Virus record (IMG/VR): IMGVR_UViG_2654588115_000002
Coordinates: 3,472-67,471 of that record
Direction: 5' to 3' (one strand)
Length of the DNA stretch: 64,000 nucleotides
Source: a virus
Lineage: Duplodnaviria > Caudoviricetes
The notes under the pieces were generated by a model. The model ran no database searches. It was given only the letters and a program-made list of their open reading frames with translations, and was not told the origin of the DNA. Both the position numbers and the translations under genes were made by a program. Shown here piece by piece: positions 49,218 to 59,226 of the stretch; the stretch's first letter is position 1; the number at the start of each line of letters is the position of its first letter.

Positions 49218-51476
49218 ATGGCAGATGAAGCTTATATTGTCAAGGCAGAATTTGCCGTATCCATAATGGTTAAAGGGCAGGCTGTTCTCAAACCACAGGA
49301 ATACGCATATCTTTTCATATTGGAGCACGGCAGGGCTGCCCATCTAGGCAAGGCCTCTTTCTGCATAGAGACCACTTTCCCTGGACAGGCAGTATTTTCG
49401 GATGGTGCGGTGTGTATATCTATGCTGGAGCCTTCCGAACGACAGGTTGTGACAACGGTAGATACTTTGCGCCTGTTGGGCGAGGAATGCCGAACAGTAA
49501 CAGGGACTGAGCGGCAGTTGGTATGCTCAGAAAAGGTGCCTGTGCCAGTTGTCCGCGAATTGACGTCTGAAAATGCTGCTATGGCAGATGTTCAGCGGGC
49601 TGTAGCCGTGGATGGTAGAACTGATGTTATGGTTCGGCGCAATATCGTCCGTAGCGATATTGTTGTAGCAGAAACATCTCGTCAGGTCATTTCCACGTTG
49701 CAGGGGGCAAGCGCCAATACGCTCCGTGAAATCTATGCCGATGAGAGACCTGTAGCAAGTGTTGTTCGGAGCCTGGTAAGGAAGACTTCTCTTACGGCAG
49801 ATACCGAGCGAAATTTGCAAGCATCGCAAGAAGCAAGGGCAAAAGCGACGCGGTGTGTTTCCAAATCTGAATCTGCCATGCTGAATATCGCAAGACAGGT
49901 GGTTAAGTCTGAAACTTCCCTTGCCACAACTGAGCGTATAGTAAATTCGTCACTACAGGCAGCAATTTCAGATACAGCAAGGCAGGTTGGCGGTATTTGT
50001 AAAGCTGAAGTAGGGTCAGAACGTGACCTGTCCAAGTGGGAGGTTGTGCATGGAGACACCGTCGTTACTTTGCCTTACCAGTTTGCCATAGACGATATTC
50101 CCCAGCAGAATATTTCTGGCATCCAATCGGTCACTCTCTCGCTCAATGAACGAACGCTGGCTGACACTTTCCAGATGGAAACCACCATACCTTTAGATAT
50201 CGAGTCGGCTGTGCAGGGAAGGCTCCTGGATTTTGACTGCGATTTTCAAGTAGAAGAAACCAGTCAGCAGGGCATATCGCAGACGGTAAAGGGGATGTAT
50301 CCCTTGGACCGTCTGCTCTATATGCCCATCAATATTGATGTGACGGAGGCAGGCTGCTCCTACTATGCCGACAAGATAGCAGGAGCATTAGGTCTGAAAC
50401 TTGACCTGCAGATTGAGGATTTCACGCCCTCGCAGGATTACAGCTTGTCGGGCATGACCTATCAGGATTTTATCTCATCGCTCTTTTCCTGGACAAGCAA
50501 ACTACCTCAGAGGCAAATTAACGTGTTTATCCGTGGGGAGACGCTCCATATTATCCAGCGCGGACATGAAGGACAGGTAACAGACATCTCCGACTGGCCT
50601 CATACCATGCCTGCCATTAATCGTAAACTCATCCGTTCGATTTGGGATAGTGCCACTACGGAAGAATGGGACAGGGCAAGAAGTGATAAGGACTACGATC
50701 CGCTGCCATTTACCGGCATCATCGGCATCGAAGGGATTACCCGTCATTATTTAAATGGACTGCTTACGGCGGAAGAAACAAATGGCAGTTTTACGGAGTA
50801 CTCCTATGATGATATGTATCTTACGGAAAAAAGGACGCATAACCCGGATGGTTCTACGGTGCAGACAACATATGCATACACCAAGACGGCTAATGACATC
50901 TATCTATTCAAAGAGACAGAGAAAACCACGGATGCCAAGCAGAAAGAGGGGGAAGAGCCCCATACCAGCGATGACTGGACGGACTGGCAAAACGAGAATT
51001 TTACCATGCGGATAACTTATCACGCCCCCATAGGCTATGGCTGGTATTCCACCACAGTGTATGAAGACGGAGAGTTCCAAGGGAGCAGTATTTCTCAGGG
51101 CAAGCCCGGTGGCAAAGCCAGTCAGTTTACCATCAACGAATCGAACAGAAGCTTGGGAAGCGATTATGGCTTTGATGACGAGGACAACAAATTTAAGGGA
51201 CAGGCGCTTTTCGATACAGAATTTCCCGTGACAGGCGATGACTTTCTGCGTAAACTCACCCGCGAGATTGAGTGGCTGAATCGCAAACGGCAGGAAGAAG
51301 TCAGTCTGGATATTGTAAGTCCAGTGGTGAAGGGCCATGCTACGATAAGGCATATTCTGGATTTTACGGAAAGGATACGGCTGGATGGCAATGAGTATTA
51401 TCTTGTGAGCAATCAGGTAAAGCTCACGCCCAGGAGCCTACGGCAGAGCATAAGACTGGTGAGGTGGTATGGATGA
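49218..51476 (+). CDS. tail/baseplate protein with about 14-aa periodic repeats
   Basis: 752 aa; repeats such as 'ADTERNLQASQ', 'SDTARQV', 'ATTERIV'. Confidence 0.6.
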   Translation: MADEAYIVKAEFAVSIMVKGQAVLKPQEYAYLFILEHGRAAHLGKASFCIETTFPGQAVFSDGAVCISMLEPSERQVVTTVDTLRLLGEECRTVTGTERQLVCSEKVPVPVVRELTSENAAMADVQRAVAVDGRTDVMVRRNIVRSDIVVAETSRQVISTLQGASANTLREIYADERPVASVVRSLVRKTSLTADTERNLQASQEARAKATRCVSKSESAMLNIARQVVKSETSLATTERIVNSSLQAAISDTARQVGGICKAEVGSERDLSKWEVVHGDTVVTLPYQFAIDDIPQQNISGIQSVTLSLNERTLADTFQMETTIPLDIESAVQGRLLDFDCDFQVEETSQQGISQTVKGMYPLDRLLYMPINIDVTEAGCSYYADKIAGALGLKLDLQIEDFTPSQDYSLSGMTYQDFISSLFSWTSKLPQRQINVFIRGETLHIIQRGHEGQVTDISDWPHTMPAINRKLIRSIWDSATTEEWDRARSDKDYDPLPFTGIIGIEGITRHYLNGLLTAEETNGSFTEYSYDDMYLTEKRTHNPDGSTVQTTYAYTKTANDIYLFKETEKTTDAKQKEGEEPHTSDDWTDWQNENFTMRITYHAPIGYGWYSTTVYEDGEFQGSSISQGKPGGKASQFTINESNRSLGSDYGFDDEDNKFKGQALFDTEFPVTGDDFLRKLTREIEWLNRKRQEEVSLDIVSPVVKGHATIRHILDFTERIRLDGNEYYLVSNQVKLTPRSLRQSIRLVRWYG

Positions 51477-51697
51477 ATGGTGTAGATGGATTGGCTGAGT
51501 GCCTGAAATCTGGCATGAAACGAGCAAGAAAGCAATCTGAAGCCAAGGCACAGAGGGGTGTTGTCGATGGTGGAATGGTGCGTATCGGCCCCCACAGTTA
51601 CCCTATGAAGGTGGCAGTGGATGTAAATACGGAAGATGGCAGTCTGGTCTGGGTACAGATTTCTAAAAGTGGCACTGCAGTTATCATAGGGGCGTGA
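51473..51697 (+). CDS. small tail-region protein
   Basis: GAGG RBS; ATG overlaps the upstream stop. Confidence 0.6.
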   Translation: MNGVDGLAECLKSGMKRARKQSEAKAQRGVVDGGMVRIGPHSYPMKVAVDVNTEDGSLVWVQISKSGTAVIIGA

Positions 51698-51701
51698 TGC
51701 T

Positions 51702-52850
51702 ATGTACAGGACAAGAGTTACTGCCGTCAATGGCAGCAAGGCACAGGCGGGTGGTCATTGGCTGAATATCATCGGCAACAAGAATGTTGTAGTGGGGGAT
51801 TTTGTCTGGACGGACGGCAGGTGTATCTATGGCAACATACAGGCGGGCGGAGAGGCAGCTCCTATAATCAGCAGTGAACCATATGTGCCGCTTCTGATGT
51901 GGGACGGTACCAGGGCAGTTTATCATAAGGCGCAGATAAAACAGTTTGCGAAAGGTCAGCGGTATGAGCTGATGGCAAGCCATGGCAGTTCGTTCGCCTT
52001 TGCTGATGGAAAGGTGCTGGATTTATATTTGGATGGGTACGGCAATAAATATGTTTTGAACGGTGGGGAATATTGGTTTCATGATTGGGGGAGTGGTGGA
52101 CCCTATGAGACGCTGAAAGGTCAGCCGGGCATTATTAAGAATGGGCATATGGAACAATCTATCGACCTGAGTAAGTACAGTAGTTATAGCTATGATTATG
52201 CTCGTGGAGAGTCGGAAATTATAAAAACGCCGCTTTCTGGCAAGGCGGAGGCAATAGATGAAATATATTGGAACTGCTGTGTCTTAACAAATGGTTGGTA
52301 TGAATCGGAAAGCTCCTATTTTTATCTGCTGGATTGCTATGCCCAAGGTTGTCACATTGATGCCATAAATTGGCGACCGGGATATGGCGAGGCTGACGAT
52401 GGTTACTTTGTGGATTTCACATCCTACATGTGGGTGATGGTTACGCCAGAAATCGTCAAGCCTTTATGGGCAGAAACGATAAGGGACGTGGATGACGACG
52501 ATTATAACGAGCGTTCCCATCGTAGCGTTTTCGCAGACGAGTTCGTATTGCCACTTCCAGACGGATATTACATAAAAGGTACTAAGACTTTACCGGAACA
52601 GGATTACTGGTTTGATAGGCTCCCCGGAAAGCTGTATTCGCCGCAAGGGAAGCTGATTTGCGAGGCCGATTTTAGGGTGGATAAGCCGATACGGCTGGGC
52701 TATGTAAAACGTGGAGCATGGCTACTGTCTGAAGGTGAGGAGCTTTTCCGGATAAAAGGCGGGAAAAAGGAGTTACTATCAGATGGCATACATAACAGTC
52801 GTTTGCATATCATGAAGAATCGAGTTAAGTGGACGAAGGGGGACGAGTGA
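51702..52850 (+). CDS. tail-region hypothetical protein
   Basis: 382-aa Tyr/Trp/Asp-rich ORF just before the holin. Confidence 0.6.
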   Translation: MYRTRVTAVNGSKAQAGGHWLNIIGNKNVVVGDFVWTDGRCIYGNIQAGGEAAPIISSEPYVPLLMWDGTRAVYHKAQIKQFAKGQRYELMASHGSSFAFADGKVLDLYLDGYGNKYVLNGGEYWFHDWGSGGPYETLKGQPGIIKNGHMEQSIDLSKYSSYSYDYARGESEIIKTPLSGKAEAIDEIYWNCCVLTNGWYESESSYFYLLDCYAQGCHIDAINWRPGYGEADDGYFVDFTSYMWVMVTPEIVKPLWAETIRDVDDDDYNERSHRSVFADEFVLPLPDGYYIKGTKTLPEQDYWFDRLPGKLYSPQGKLICEADFRVDKPIRLGYVKRGAWLLSEGEELFRIKGGKKELLSDGIHNSRLHIMKNRVKWTKGDE

Positions 52851-53234
52851 ATGGAACATATCAGATGCTGGGCAGCCGGACTAGGAGCAGTGCTTGGAGA
52901 TTTTTTAGGTACCTTGGATGGCCTAGTGATGGCACTCATTACATTCGTGGTGGTGGATTACATTACTGGTGTTCTATGCGCTATAGTGGAAAAGCGGCTC
53001 TCTAGTGCCGTGGGGTTCAAGGGCATCTGCCAGAAGGTGATGATCTTCTGCCTGGTAGGCATAGCTAACCTGTTGGATGCAAATGTGCTGAGTGCAGGCA
53101 ATATGCTGAGGACGGCAGTCATTTTCTTCTATTGTGCTAATGAGGGGATATCCATTGTGGAGAATGCAGCACGGATTGGTCTGCCAGTGCCAGAAAAACT
53201 GACGGATGTTATGAGACAATTGAAGGATAAGTAA
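52851..53234 (+). CDS. holin (phage holin 4 family)
   Basis: 'DYITGV', 'LSSAVGFKGI..K', 'FFYCANEGISIVENA..IGLPVP'. Confidence 0.92.
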   Translation: MEHIRCWAAGLGAVLGDFLGTLDGLVMALITFVVVDYITGVLCAIVEKRLSSAVGFKGICQKVMIFCLVGIANLLDANVLSAGNMLRTAVIFFYCANEGISIVENAARIGLPVPEKLTDVMRQLKDK

Positions 53235-53248
53235 ATAGGATAAGTATT

Positions 53249-53287
53249 TGCCCACTGCAGATTTTCTGTGGTGGGCATTTTTTTTTT
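53249..53287 (+). terminator. late-operon terminator
   Basis: TGCCCACTGCAG / CTGTGGTGGGCA plus long T-run. Confidence 0.85.
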
Positions 53288-53289
53288 GA

Positions 53290-53327
53290 AAAACCTAAAC
53301 TTTTGTCATTTTCATGGGCTACCTATG
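53290..53327 (+). promoter_or_regulatory. bipartite motif, copy 2 (putative phage-sigma promoter)
   Basis: 31 of 38 positions identical to 22201-22238, no gaps. Confidence 0.6.
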
Positions 53328-53453
53328 GGAGGTGCTTATTGTAGCAGTCTCACAAGGAAAAGAAAAAGCGACGAATGGAAGATTGGAAGTGGTGGGGGAT
53401 CGATAAGAATTGTTACAAGTTTAGCTTTGTAATCTTTTGAGGAGAAAATTATC

Positions 53454-53690
53454 ATGCAGGTAAGCCAAATAGTGAAAGGTCATTTAACAAAGAAAATAGA
53501 AAAACCAACAAATCAAGAAATGCAGAATGAATATAATTATCTATTAGCAGAACAGTTGACTGAAAAGTTGCTAGTAAAAGGGCTAATCACAGAAGAGGAA
53601 TTTGAGAAGGTTATGGTAAAAAATCGACAATCGTTCTCGCCATTTATTTCAAAGATAACGTCTAAAAACTTGCATTTTAGGTGGAGGTGA
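53454..53690 (+). CDS. SHOCT-like small protein preceding the recombinases
   Basis: 'LLVKGLITEEEFEK'; GAGGAG RBS. Confidence 0.7.
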   Translation: MQVSQIVKGHLTKKIEKPTNQEMQNEYNYLLAEQLTEKLLVKGLITEEEFEKVMVKNRQSFSPFISKITSKNLHFRWR

Positions 53691-53726
53691 GTGATATATA
53701 GTATCAAACGTAAATGGGGTGAGACA

Positions 53727-55268
53727 ATGAGACGAATAACAAGAATTGATGCGGTGAACGATAGCTCCAAAAAGAAATTGCGTGTTGCTGCCTATGCTAG
53801 AGTATCGACTGGTTCACAAGATCAACTGGTTAGTCTGGAAACTCAGAAAATACATTATGAGCGATATATTAAGGCGAGACCAGATTGGGAATATGCAGGA
53901 CTGTACTATGATGAAGGAATATCTGGACTTAAAATGTCGAAGAGAAAAGGCTTGCTTCGACTTATTGAAGATTGTAGCAAGGGTCTGATAGATTATATCG
54001 TTGTTAAGTCTATTAGTAGATTCTCAAGAAATACGGTGGAAAGCATTGAAGTGGTGCGTAAGCTCTGTCAGGATGGTGTTTATATTTATTTTGAAAAAGA
54101 GAATATTGATACCGGAAAGATGGAAGGCGAATTGTTACTGTCTATTTTATCGGGATTAGCCGAAAATGAATCTCGCTCAATTTCGGGAAATGTAAAATGG
54201 AGTATACAAAAACGATATTTAAATGGTACATTCAAAATTTGCTATCCGCCGTATGGGTATGATAATGTTGATGGAAAGATGGTGGTGAATAAAGAACAAG
54301 CTAAAATAGTGCGTAGAATTTTTGCAGAAATCATAGCTGGTAAATCATCAGCAGATATAGCAAAAGAATTAAATAAAGAAGGTATTATAACAAAGAGAGG
54401 GAAACGCTGGGGAAGAGGTGTTGTTTGTGAAATGATAAGAAATGAAAAGTATACGGGGGATGTTATTTTTCAGAAAACTTATACGGATTCGTGCTTTAAA
54501 CGACATAGAAATTATGATGATAAGAATAAGTATCAAATGAAAAATCATCATGAAGCAATTATAAGTTATGAAGATTTTAAATTGGCTAATCTAATAGTTG
54601 ATGCTAATGGTTGCCAAAAGGGCATACATAAAAATGACTTCAAATATAAAAATCGTTATCCGACTTCAGGTAAAATCATATGTGGTGAGTGTGGTGGGCA
54701 TTGGAATCGGAGAAAAATAGGAAATATGTTTGGTTTTGCGTGCAATACCCATATAAATGATATGAATGCTTGCAGTATGAAGTCAATAAAAGAAGATTCG
54801 GTAAAAGCTGCATTCGTCACGATGATGAATAAGTTGACATTTGCGAGGAAAAGTGTTCTGATACCCTACTCAGAAATGCTACGAAGAAGTAAAGAGGATA
54901 GTGATGTTGAAAGATTGGATGAGATTGAGACACTATTGCAAAAAAGCAGTGAACGTCGACAACAGTTGATGGAATTTTTTTCACAAGGTATTCTTGATCA
55001 TGAGGTCTATGCCTATGAGACGGTTGCCTTATCAAAGGAGGAGTGCAGACTGATGGCTGAGAAGAATTTTCTTTCTGTTCGCATGAATGGTAGTCAAGAA
55101 TGGCAGTCAGCACTTGTGAAACTTCTCCGGTATACGGCTAAGGGAAATGTCCTGACAGAATTTGAGGGGGGTTTGTTTACCGAACATGTGGAGAAGGTTG
55201 TAGTTTATAAAAGAACGGAAATTGGTTTTGTAATGAAGTGTGGCCCAATATTTCGAGAAAGGATTTAG
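53727..55268 (+). CDS. large serine recombinase 1
   Basis: 'VAAYARVST', 'DEGISG', 'KSISRFSRN', zinc ribbon 'CGECG'. Confidence 0.93.
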   Translation: MRRITRIDAVNDSSKKKLRVAAYARVSTGSQDQLVSLETQKIHYERYIKARPDWEYAGLYYDEGISGLKMSKRKGLLRLIEDCSKGLIDYIVVKSISRFSRNTVESIEVVRKLCQDGVYIYFEKENIDTGKMEGELLLSILSGLAENESRSISGNVKWSIQKRYLNGTFKICYPPYGYDNVDGKMVVNKEQAKIVRRIFAEIIAGKSSADIAKELNKEGIITKRGKRWGRGVVCEMIRNEKYTGDVIFQKTYTDSCFKRHRNYDDKNKYQMKNHHEAIISYEDFKLANLIVDANGCQKGIHKNDFKYKNRYPTSGKIICGECGGHWNRRKIGNMFGFACNTHINDMNACSMKSIKEDSVKAAFVTMMNKLTFARKSVLIPYSEMLRRSKEDSDVERLDEIETLLQKSSERRQQLMEFFSQGILDHEVYAYETVALSKEECRLMAEKNFLSVRMNGSQEWQSALVKLLRYTAKGNVLTEFEGGLFTEHVEKVVVYKRTEIGFVMKCGPIFRERI

Positions 55269-55270
55269 AC

Positions 55271-55693
55271 ATGAAACATACACCATATGGATATGACATT
55301 GTTGGAGGAAAGGCAGTAATTAATGAAGATGAAGCATCTAATGTTCGGAAAATATGTGAAAATTACCTAAAAGGAATGTCTTTTGTAAAGGCCGCAGCTA
55401 GTGTGGGGCTAAATATGCGCCATCGCACAGTCAAACAAATTGTACAGAATAGAAGATTGCTTGGTGATGATTTTTATCCAGCAATACTTTCGGAAAATAC
55501 GGCTACACTGATTGAGAAAGAACGTATTCGTCGGGTGAAAGCTATGGGGCGAGATAAAAGAATATATAAAAAAAACGAAGCCGTTAAGGTGAAAACAGAT
55601 TTTACTGTCCCTAAAGTACCGGTTAAATATCAAAATCCTATCAAGCAAGCTGAGTATGCATATAGCTTGATTCAAAGCGAGGTAGACAGATGA
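55271..55693 (+). CDS. short recombinase-domain protein
   Basis: '[20 protein letters not shown]', 'LGDDFYPAI'; no catalytic domain. Confidence 0.75.
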   Translation: MKHTPYGYDIVGGKAVINEDEASNVRKICENYLKGMSFVKAAASVGLNMRHRTVKQIVQNRRLLGDDFYPAILSENTATLIEKERIRRVKAMGRDKRIYKKNEAVKVKTDFTVPKVPVKYQNPIKQAEYAYSLIQSEVDR

Positions 55694-57264
55694 TGATGTT
55701 CGCAAAAAATATTACAGTAATTCCTGCAAGGCATACTATTGGAACACAAAATCCTGTTAATAAAGTGCAAAAGACTAGAGTGGCTGCATATTGCCGAGTA
55801 TCGACGGAATATGAAGAGCAAGAATCTAGTTATGAAGCACAAGTTTCCCATTATACGAATTATATCAAAAGCAATCGGGAATGGGAAATGGTTAAGGTGT
55901 ATGCAGATGAAGGTATTAGCGGCACTAATACGAAGAAACGTGATGAGTTTAATCAAATGATAATGGATTGCAAAGCAGGAAAAATAGATATGATCCTTAC
56001 GAAGTCCATAAGTAGGTTTTCTCGAAATACAGTTGATTGCTTGAAATATATCCGTGAACTAAAGGCGTTGAATATAGCAGTATTCTTTGAAAAAGAGAAT
56101 ATAAATACGTTGGATGCCAAGGGTGAAGTACTCATGACAATAATGGCGGCATTAGCGCAGCAGGAATCGGAATCATTATCTGCAAATGTAAGGATGGGCA
56201 TTCAGTTTAGAAATCAACAAGGCAGAGTTCAGGTAAATCATAATCGTTTCCTTGGATATACTAAGGACGAAAATGGCAAACTTATTATTGTTCCCGAGGA
56301 AGCAGATATTGTTCGACGTATATACATCTAATATTTAGAAGGGGCTAGCTTTCGGAAAATCAAGTGTGGTCTTGAAGCGGATGGAATATTGAATGGAGCA
56401 CACAATGCTAAATGGCATGAGAGTAACATCAAGACTATTTTAACCAACGAAAAATATATTGGAGATGCGTTGCTACAAAAGACATATACAGTGAATACGC
56501 TGGAAAAGAAGCGTATAGTAAATAATGGTATAGTGCCACAGTATTATGTGGAAGGTAGCCATGAAGCAATTATCGATAAAGATGTGTTTTTTAGAGTGCA
56601 GGCTGAAATTAGTAGGAGAGCAAATATTTTGGTGGATGGTAAACGTCGCACATATAGTTCGAAGTACGCTCTGTCCTGCATAGTGTTTTGCGGCCACTGC
56701 GGAAATATATATCGAAGAATTAGATGGAATAATCGGGGGTGTAAATCGACTGTGTGGCGTTGCGTAAGCAGGGTGTTAAAAAAGAGAAGTGGGATTAATT
56801 GTCCGGCAAGAACTATACATGAGGAAACTTTGCAGTCTGCGGTAGTTACAGCTGTGAATGATGCATGGTATTGTAGGGATAAAATTTTGCCGAAATTAAA
56901 GGAAAATCTACGCTCGGTTATTGAGAATGATACAGAGGCCAGCTTGAGAGAAATTGATGTTGTAGCTAGGAAAAAACAGTCTGAACTGCTTGAGGCAGGA
57001 AATGACCAGAAAAAGATTGAGCTAATAGGTGAAGAAATAGTTGCACTTCGTGACAAACGTCAGGCTATCTTGACAGAAGCAGCAAAACAGAAAAATATGG
57101 ATGATCGAATTGAAGACTTAGCCCATTTTTTTAATGAGCAGACTGGGATGATTACAGAATACTCCGATAGACTGGTGCGTAGGCTTATCGAAAAAGTTAT
57201 CATTTACGATGAGATGATAGTGGTAGAGTTCAAATCTGGACTGAAGATGGAAGTCGAAGCATAA
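55693..57264 (+). pseudogene. large serine recombinase 2 interrupted by in-frame TAA at 56329-56331
   Basis: 'VAAYCRVST' N-half and 'CGHCG' C-half are in one frame; reads [26 protein letters not shown] through the stop. Confidence 0.85.
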
Positions 57265-57362
57265 GAAAGATGCGAAAAGAAGAAATTACAATTTGAAATC
57301 ACGTTTGATTGAAAGATAGGATTGAGGACTGTATTGGAAAGATAGACGGTCTTATCATGAAT

Positions 57363-57418
57363 AAATGTCATAAAATCTGACATTTTATATTGACAATGCT
57401 GACGCTTGCCATTAAACT
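57363..57418 (+). promoter_or_regulatory. promoter plus operator of the XRE operon
   Basis: TTGACA 57390-57395, 17 nt, TAAACT 57413-57418; inverted repeat AAATGTCA-N7-TGACATTT at 57363-57385. Confidence 0.75.
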
Positions 57419-57438
57419 GAAGCCAGGAGGTGACAACC

Positions 57439-57753
57439 ATGTATGAACGATTGAAAGCGGCCAGAAAGGCTTTGCGCCTGACGCAGGAATTTGTGGCCAA
57501 GCACATGGAGATGTCCCGGACAACGATTGTCGCAATCGAGGCTGGAAAGCGAGAGGTTACGGCAGCAGAACTGGCGAAGTTTTCGGAGTTGTATGGCGTA
57601 CCTATGGATAAATTGGTGCATGGAGAGGATACAAACGAAGGCAAGACCGCGATGTTTGCCCGGACATTTTCCGAGTTGTCGGATGCAGACCAGGCAGAAA
57701 TCATGAATCTTATGCGCTTTAAGAAACGGTATCGGGAGAGTATCAATGCCTGA
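57439..57753 (+). CDS. XRE-family HTH regulator
   Basis: 'RLKAARKALRLTQEFVA...SRTTIVAIEAGKREV'; AGGAGG RBS. Confidence 0.92.
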   Translation: MYERLKAARKALRLTQEFVAKHMEMSRTTIVAIEAGKREVTAAELAKFSELYGVPMDKLVHGEDTNEGKTAMFARTFSELSDADQAEIMNLMRFKKRYRESINA

Positions 57754-59107
57754 ACTAAGTGATTTGTACAAGCCGGGGATGCGGCCGGAGGAATTGGCCG
57801 CATGTGTTTTAGGGAAAAGCGGCATGGATATGGATAATCCCCGGTTGCCCATAGACCCCTTTTCCCTTATGCGCAGCTGTGGTATTGTGTACCAGTTCAT
57901 GGATGCCAAGAAGCTGGAAGGCGTATACATTGTGCCTGAAGATGCAGAGGACGTGCCTATGGTCGGGATAAACTATAACCGGCCTATAACCAGGCAGCGC
58001 TTTACCGCGGCGCATGAATTGTGCCATCATCTAAAAGACAGGCGCTCCCAGATTTGCCCTATTGGCAACAATGTGAATGCCATGGAGCGTTACGCGGAAC
58101 AATTTGCAGCGGCACTTTTGATGCCTCTGCCAGCTTTGCGAAAAATGGCGGCAGAATATATGGTGGATGGCCGTGTGGACTTACAAGCTGCGCTGTTATT
58201 GTCGGTAAAGTTTGGTGTAAGTTTTGGTGCTTGTGCCAGACGGCTGGCATATGGCCTGCACCTGCTGGACTATGAAAATTCCCAGGAACTGAACCGCCGC
58301 ATCAAAAAGTTTAAGCCGGATAAGGAAAAGGAAAAACTGGGGATTCCCTTGGAACCGCTGGAGCTTTTGGCGCAGGCAGTGGATTCCTATGAATTTTTCT
58401 ATCAGGTTCAGCCGGAATTAACGTGGTATATCTTCAAGAATAACTTTATCTTCAACGAAAACCGCATGGAAGGTGTGGATTTGGAAGAAGAGGAAGTGGC
58501 AGAGATTGTGGCTGACCTGCGTCTTAAAGGCAGTGACAGTGAGTATTGCCGTGCCGATTATGACGATATCATCCAGGTGACCGGGCACTTGGACATTTAC
58601 GATTACATCTGTTCCACGGAGGAAAGACTGGATATCTATAAGCTGATGAAGCTGAACCGGCTGTTGTTCCAGTATACCCCGTGTCCGGATGCTGGCGGCG
58701 GAACCCGCCAGAATAATGCCATGGTGCAGGGGGCTTGCTTTGAAACCGCCGATTGGCGTGAAATCATGCCCCGCATTATTGCCCTGGGGGATGTGGTGGA
58801 AAAGATAATGGCTCATATGGCGGAGGATTCAGTCAGTGAGTTTATCGAGAAAGCCATGCGGGTACACCATGAAATTCCCCAGATACATCCTTTTGTGGAT
58901 GGGAATGGACGCTGTTCACGGGCGTTCTTAAACTGGATGCTGCGGCTAAAGAATTTACCGCCGATTTATATCAAGCATAAGGAAAAAGAGCGGTATTATG
59001 AGGCTTTGGCCTTGGCTGACAGCAAGGGCGATTATAAGCCCTTGACGAAAATCCTGATTAAAGAATTGTTCCGGACGATGATGGAAATAAACCGGCAGCC
59101 CATGTAA
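57746..59107 (+). CDS. ImmA/IrrE metallopeptidase fused to a Fic domain
   Basis: 'RQRFTAAHELCH' (HExxH) and 'ERYAEQFAAALLMP'; C-terminal 'IHPFVDGNGRCSR' Fic motif. Confidence 0.9.
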   Translation: MPELSDLYKPGMRPEELAACVLGKSGMDMDNPRLPIDPFSLMRSCGIVYQFMDAKKLEGVYIVPEDAEDVPMVGINYNRPITRQRFTAAHELCHHLKDRRSQICPIGNNVNAMERYAEQFAAALLMPLPALRKMAAEYMVDGRVDLQAALLLSVKFGVSFGACARRLAYGLHLLDYENSQELNRRIKKFKPDKEKEKLGIPLEPLELLAQAVDSYEFFYQVQPELTWYIFKNNFIFNENRMEGVDLEEEEVAEIVADLRLKGSDSEYCRADYDDIIQVTGHLDIYDYICSTEERLDIYKLMKLNRLLFQYTPCPDAGGGTRQNNAMVQGACFETADWREIMPRIIALGDVVEKIMAHMAEDSVSEFIEKAMRVHHEIPQIHPFVDGNGRCSRAFLNWMLRLKNLPPIYIKHKEKERYYEALALADSKGDYKPLTKILIKELFRTMMEINRQPM

Positions 59108-59191
59108 GTTGTCGGAACAAGTAATGTAGGCGGTTGGCGTTTATAAATCATTGCCAGGGGAAGAGATCTAGTAACTTAGTAGAATTGGAGA

Positions 59192-59221
59192 TTTACATAA
59201 CCGAATCTCATCAGGTATAAT
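59192..59221 (+). promoter_or_regulatory. sigma-A-type promoter of candidate ncRNA
   Basis: TTTACA-18-TATAAT. Confidence 0.65.
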
Positions 59222-59226
59222 ATAGA

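Larger units (their letters stand above)
21500..57264 (+). mobile_element. siphovirus-like prophage with HK97 head and terminal serine-recombinase triad; boundaries approximate
   Basis: Colinear regulation, replication, packaging, head, tail, holin and recombinase modules on the + strand; att sites not identified. Confidence 0.92.

Noticed and set aside
47886-53234. Diversity-generating retroelement acting on tail genes
   Set aside because: No reverse transcriptase in the window and no template/variable repeat pair seen
22201-53327. 38-bp repeat as attL/attR
   Set aside because: Both copies are internal: the sigma-like gene and the recombinases lie outside them. Conservation is bipartite like a promoter, and serine integrases do not need long direct repeats
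56329-56331. Programmed stop-codon readthrough in recombinase 2
   Set aside because: TAA is a poor readthrough codon and other phage genes end normally in TAA; a nonsense mutation or read error is simpler
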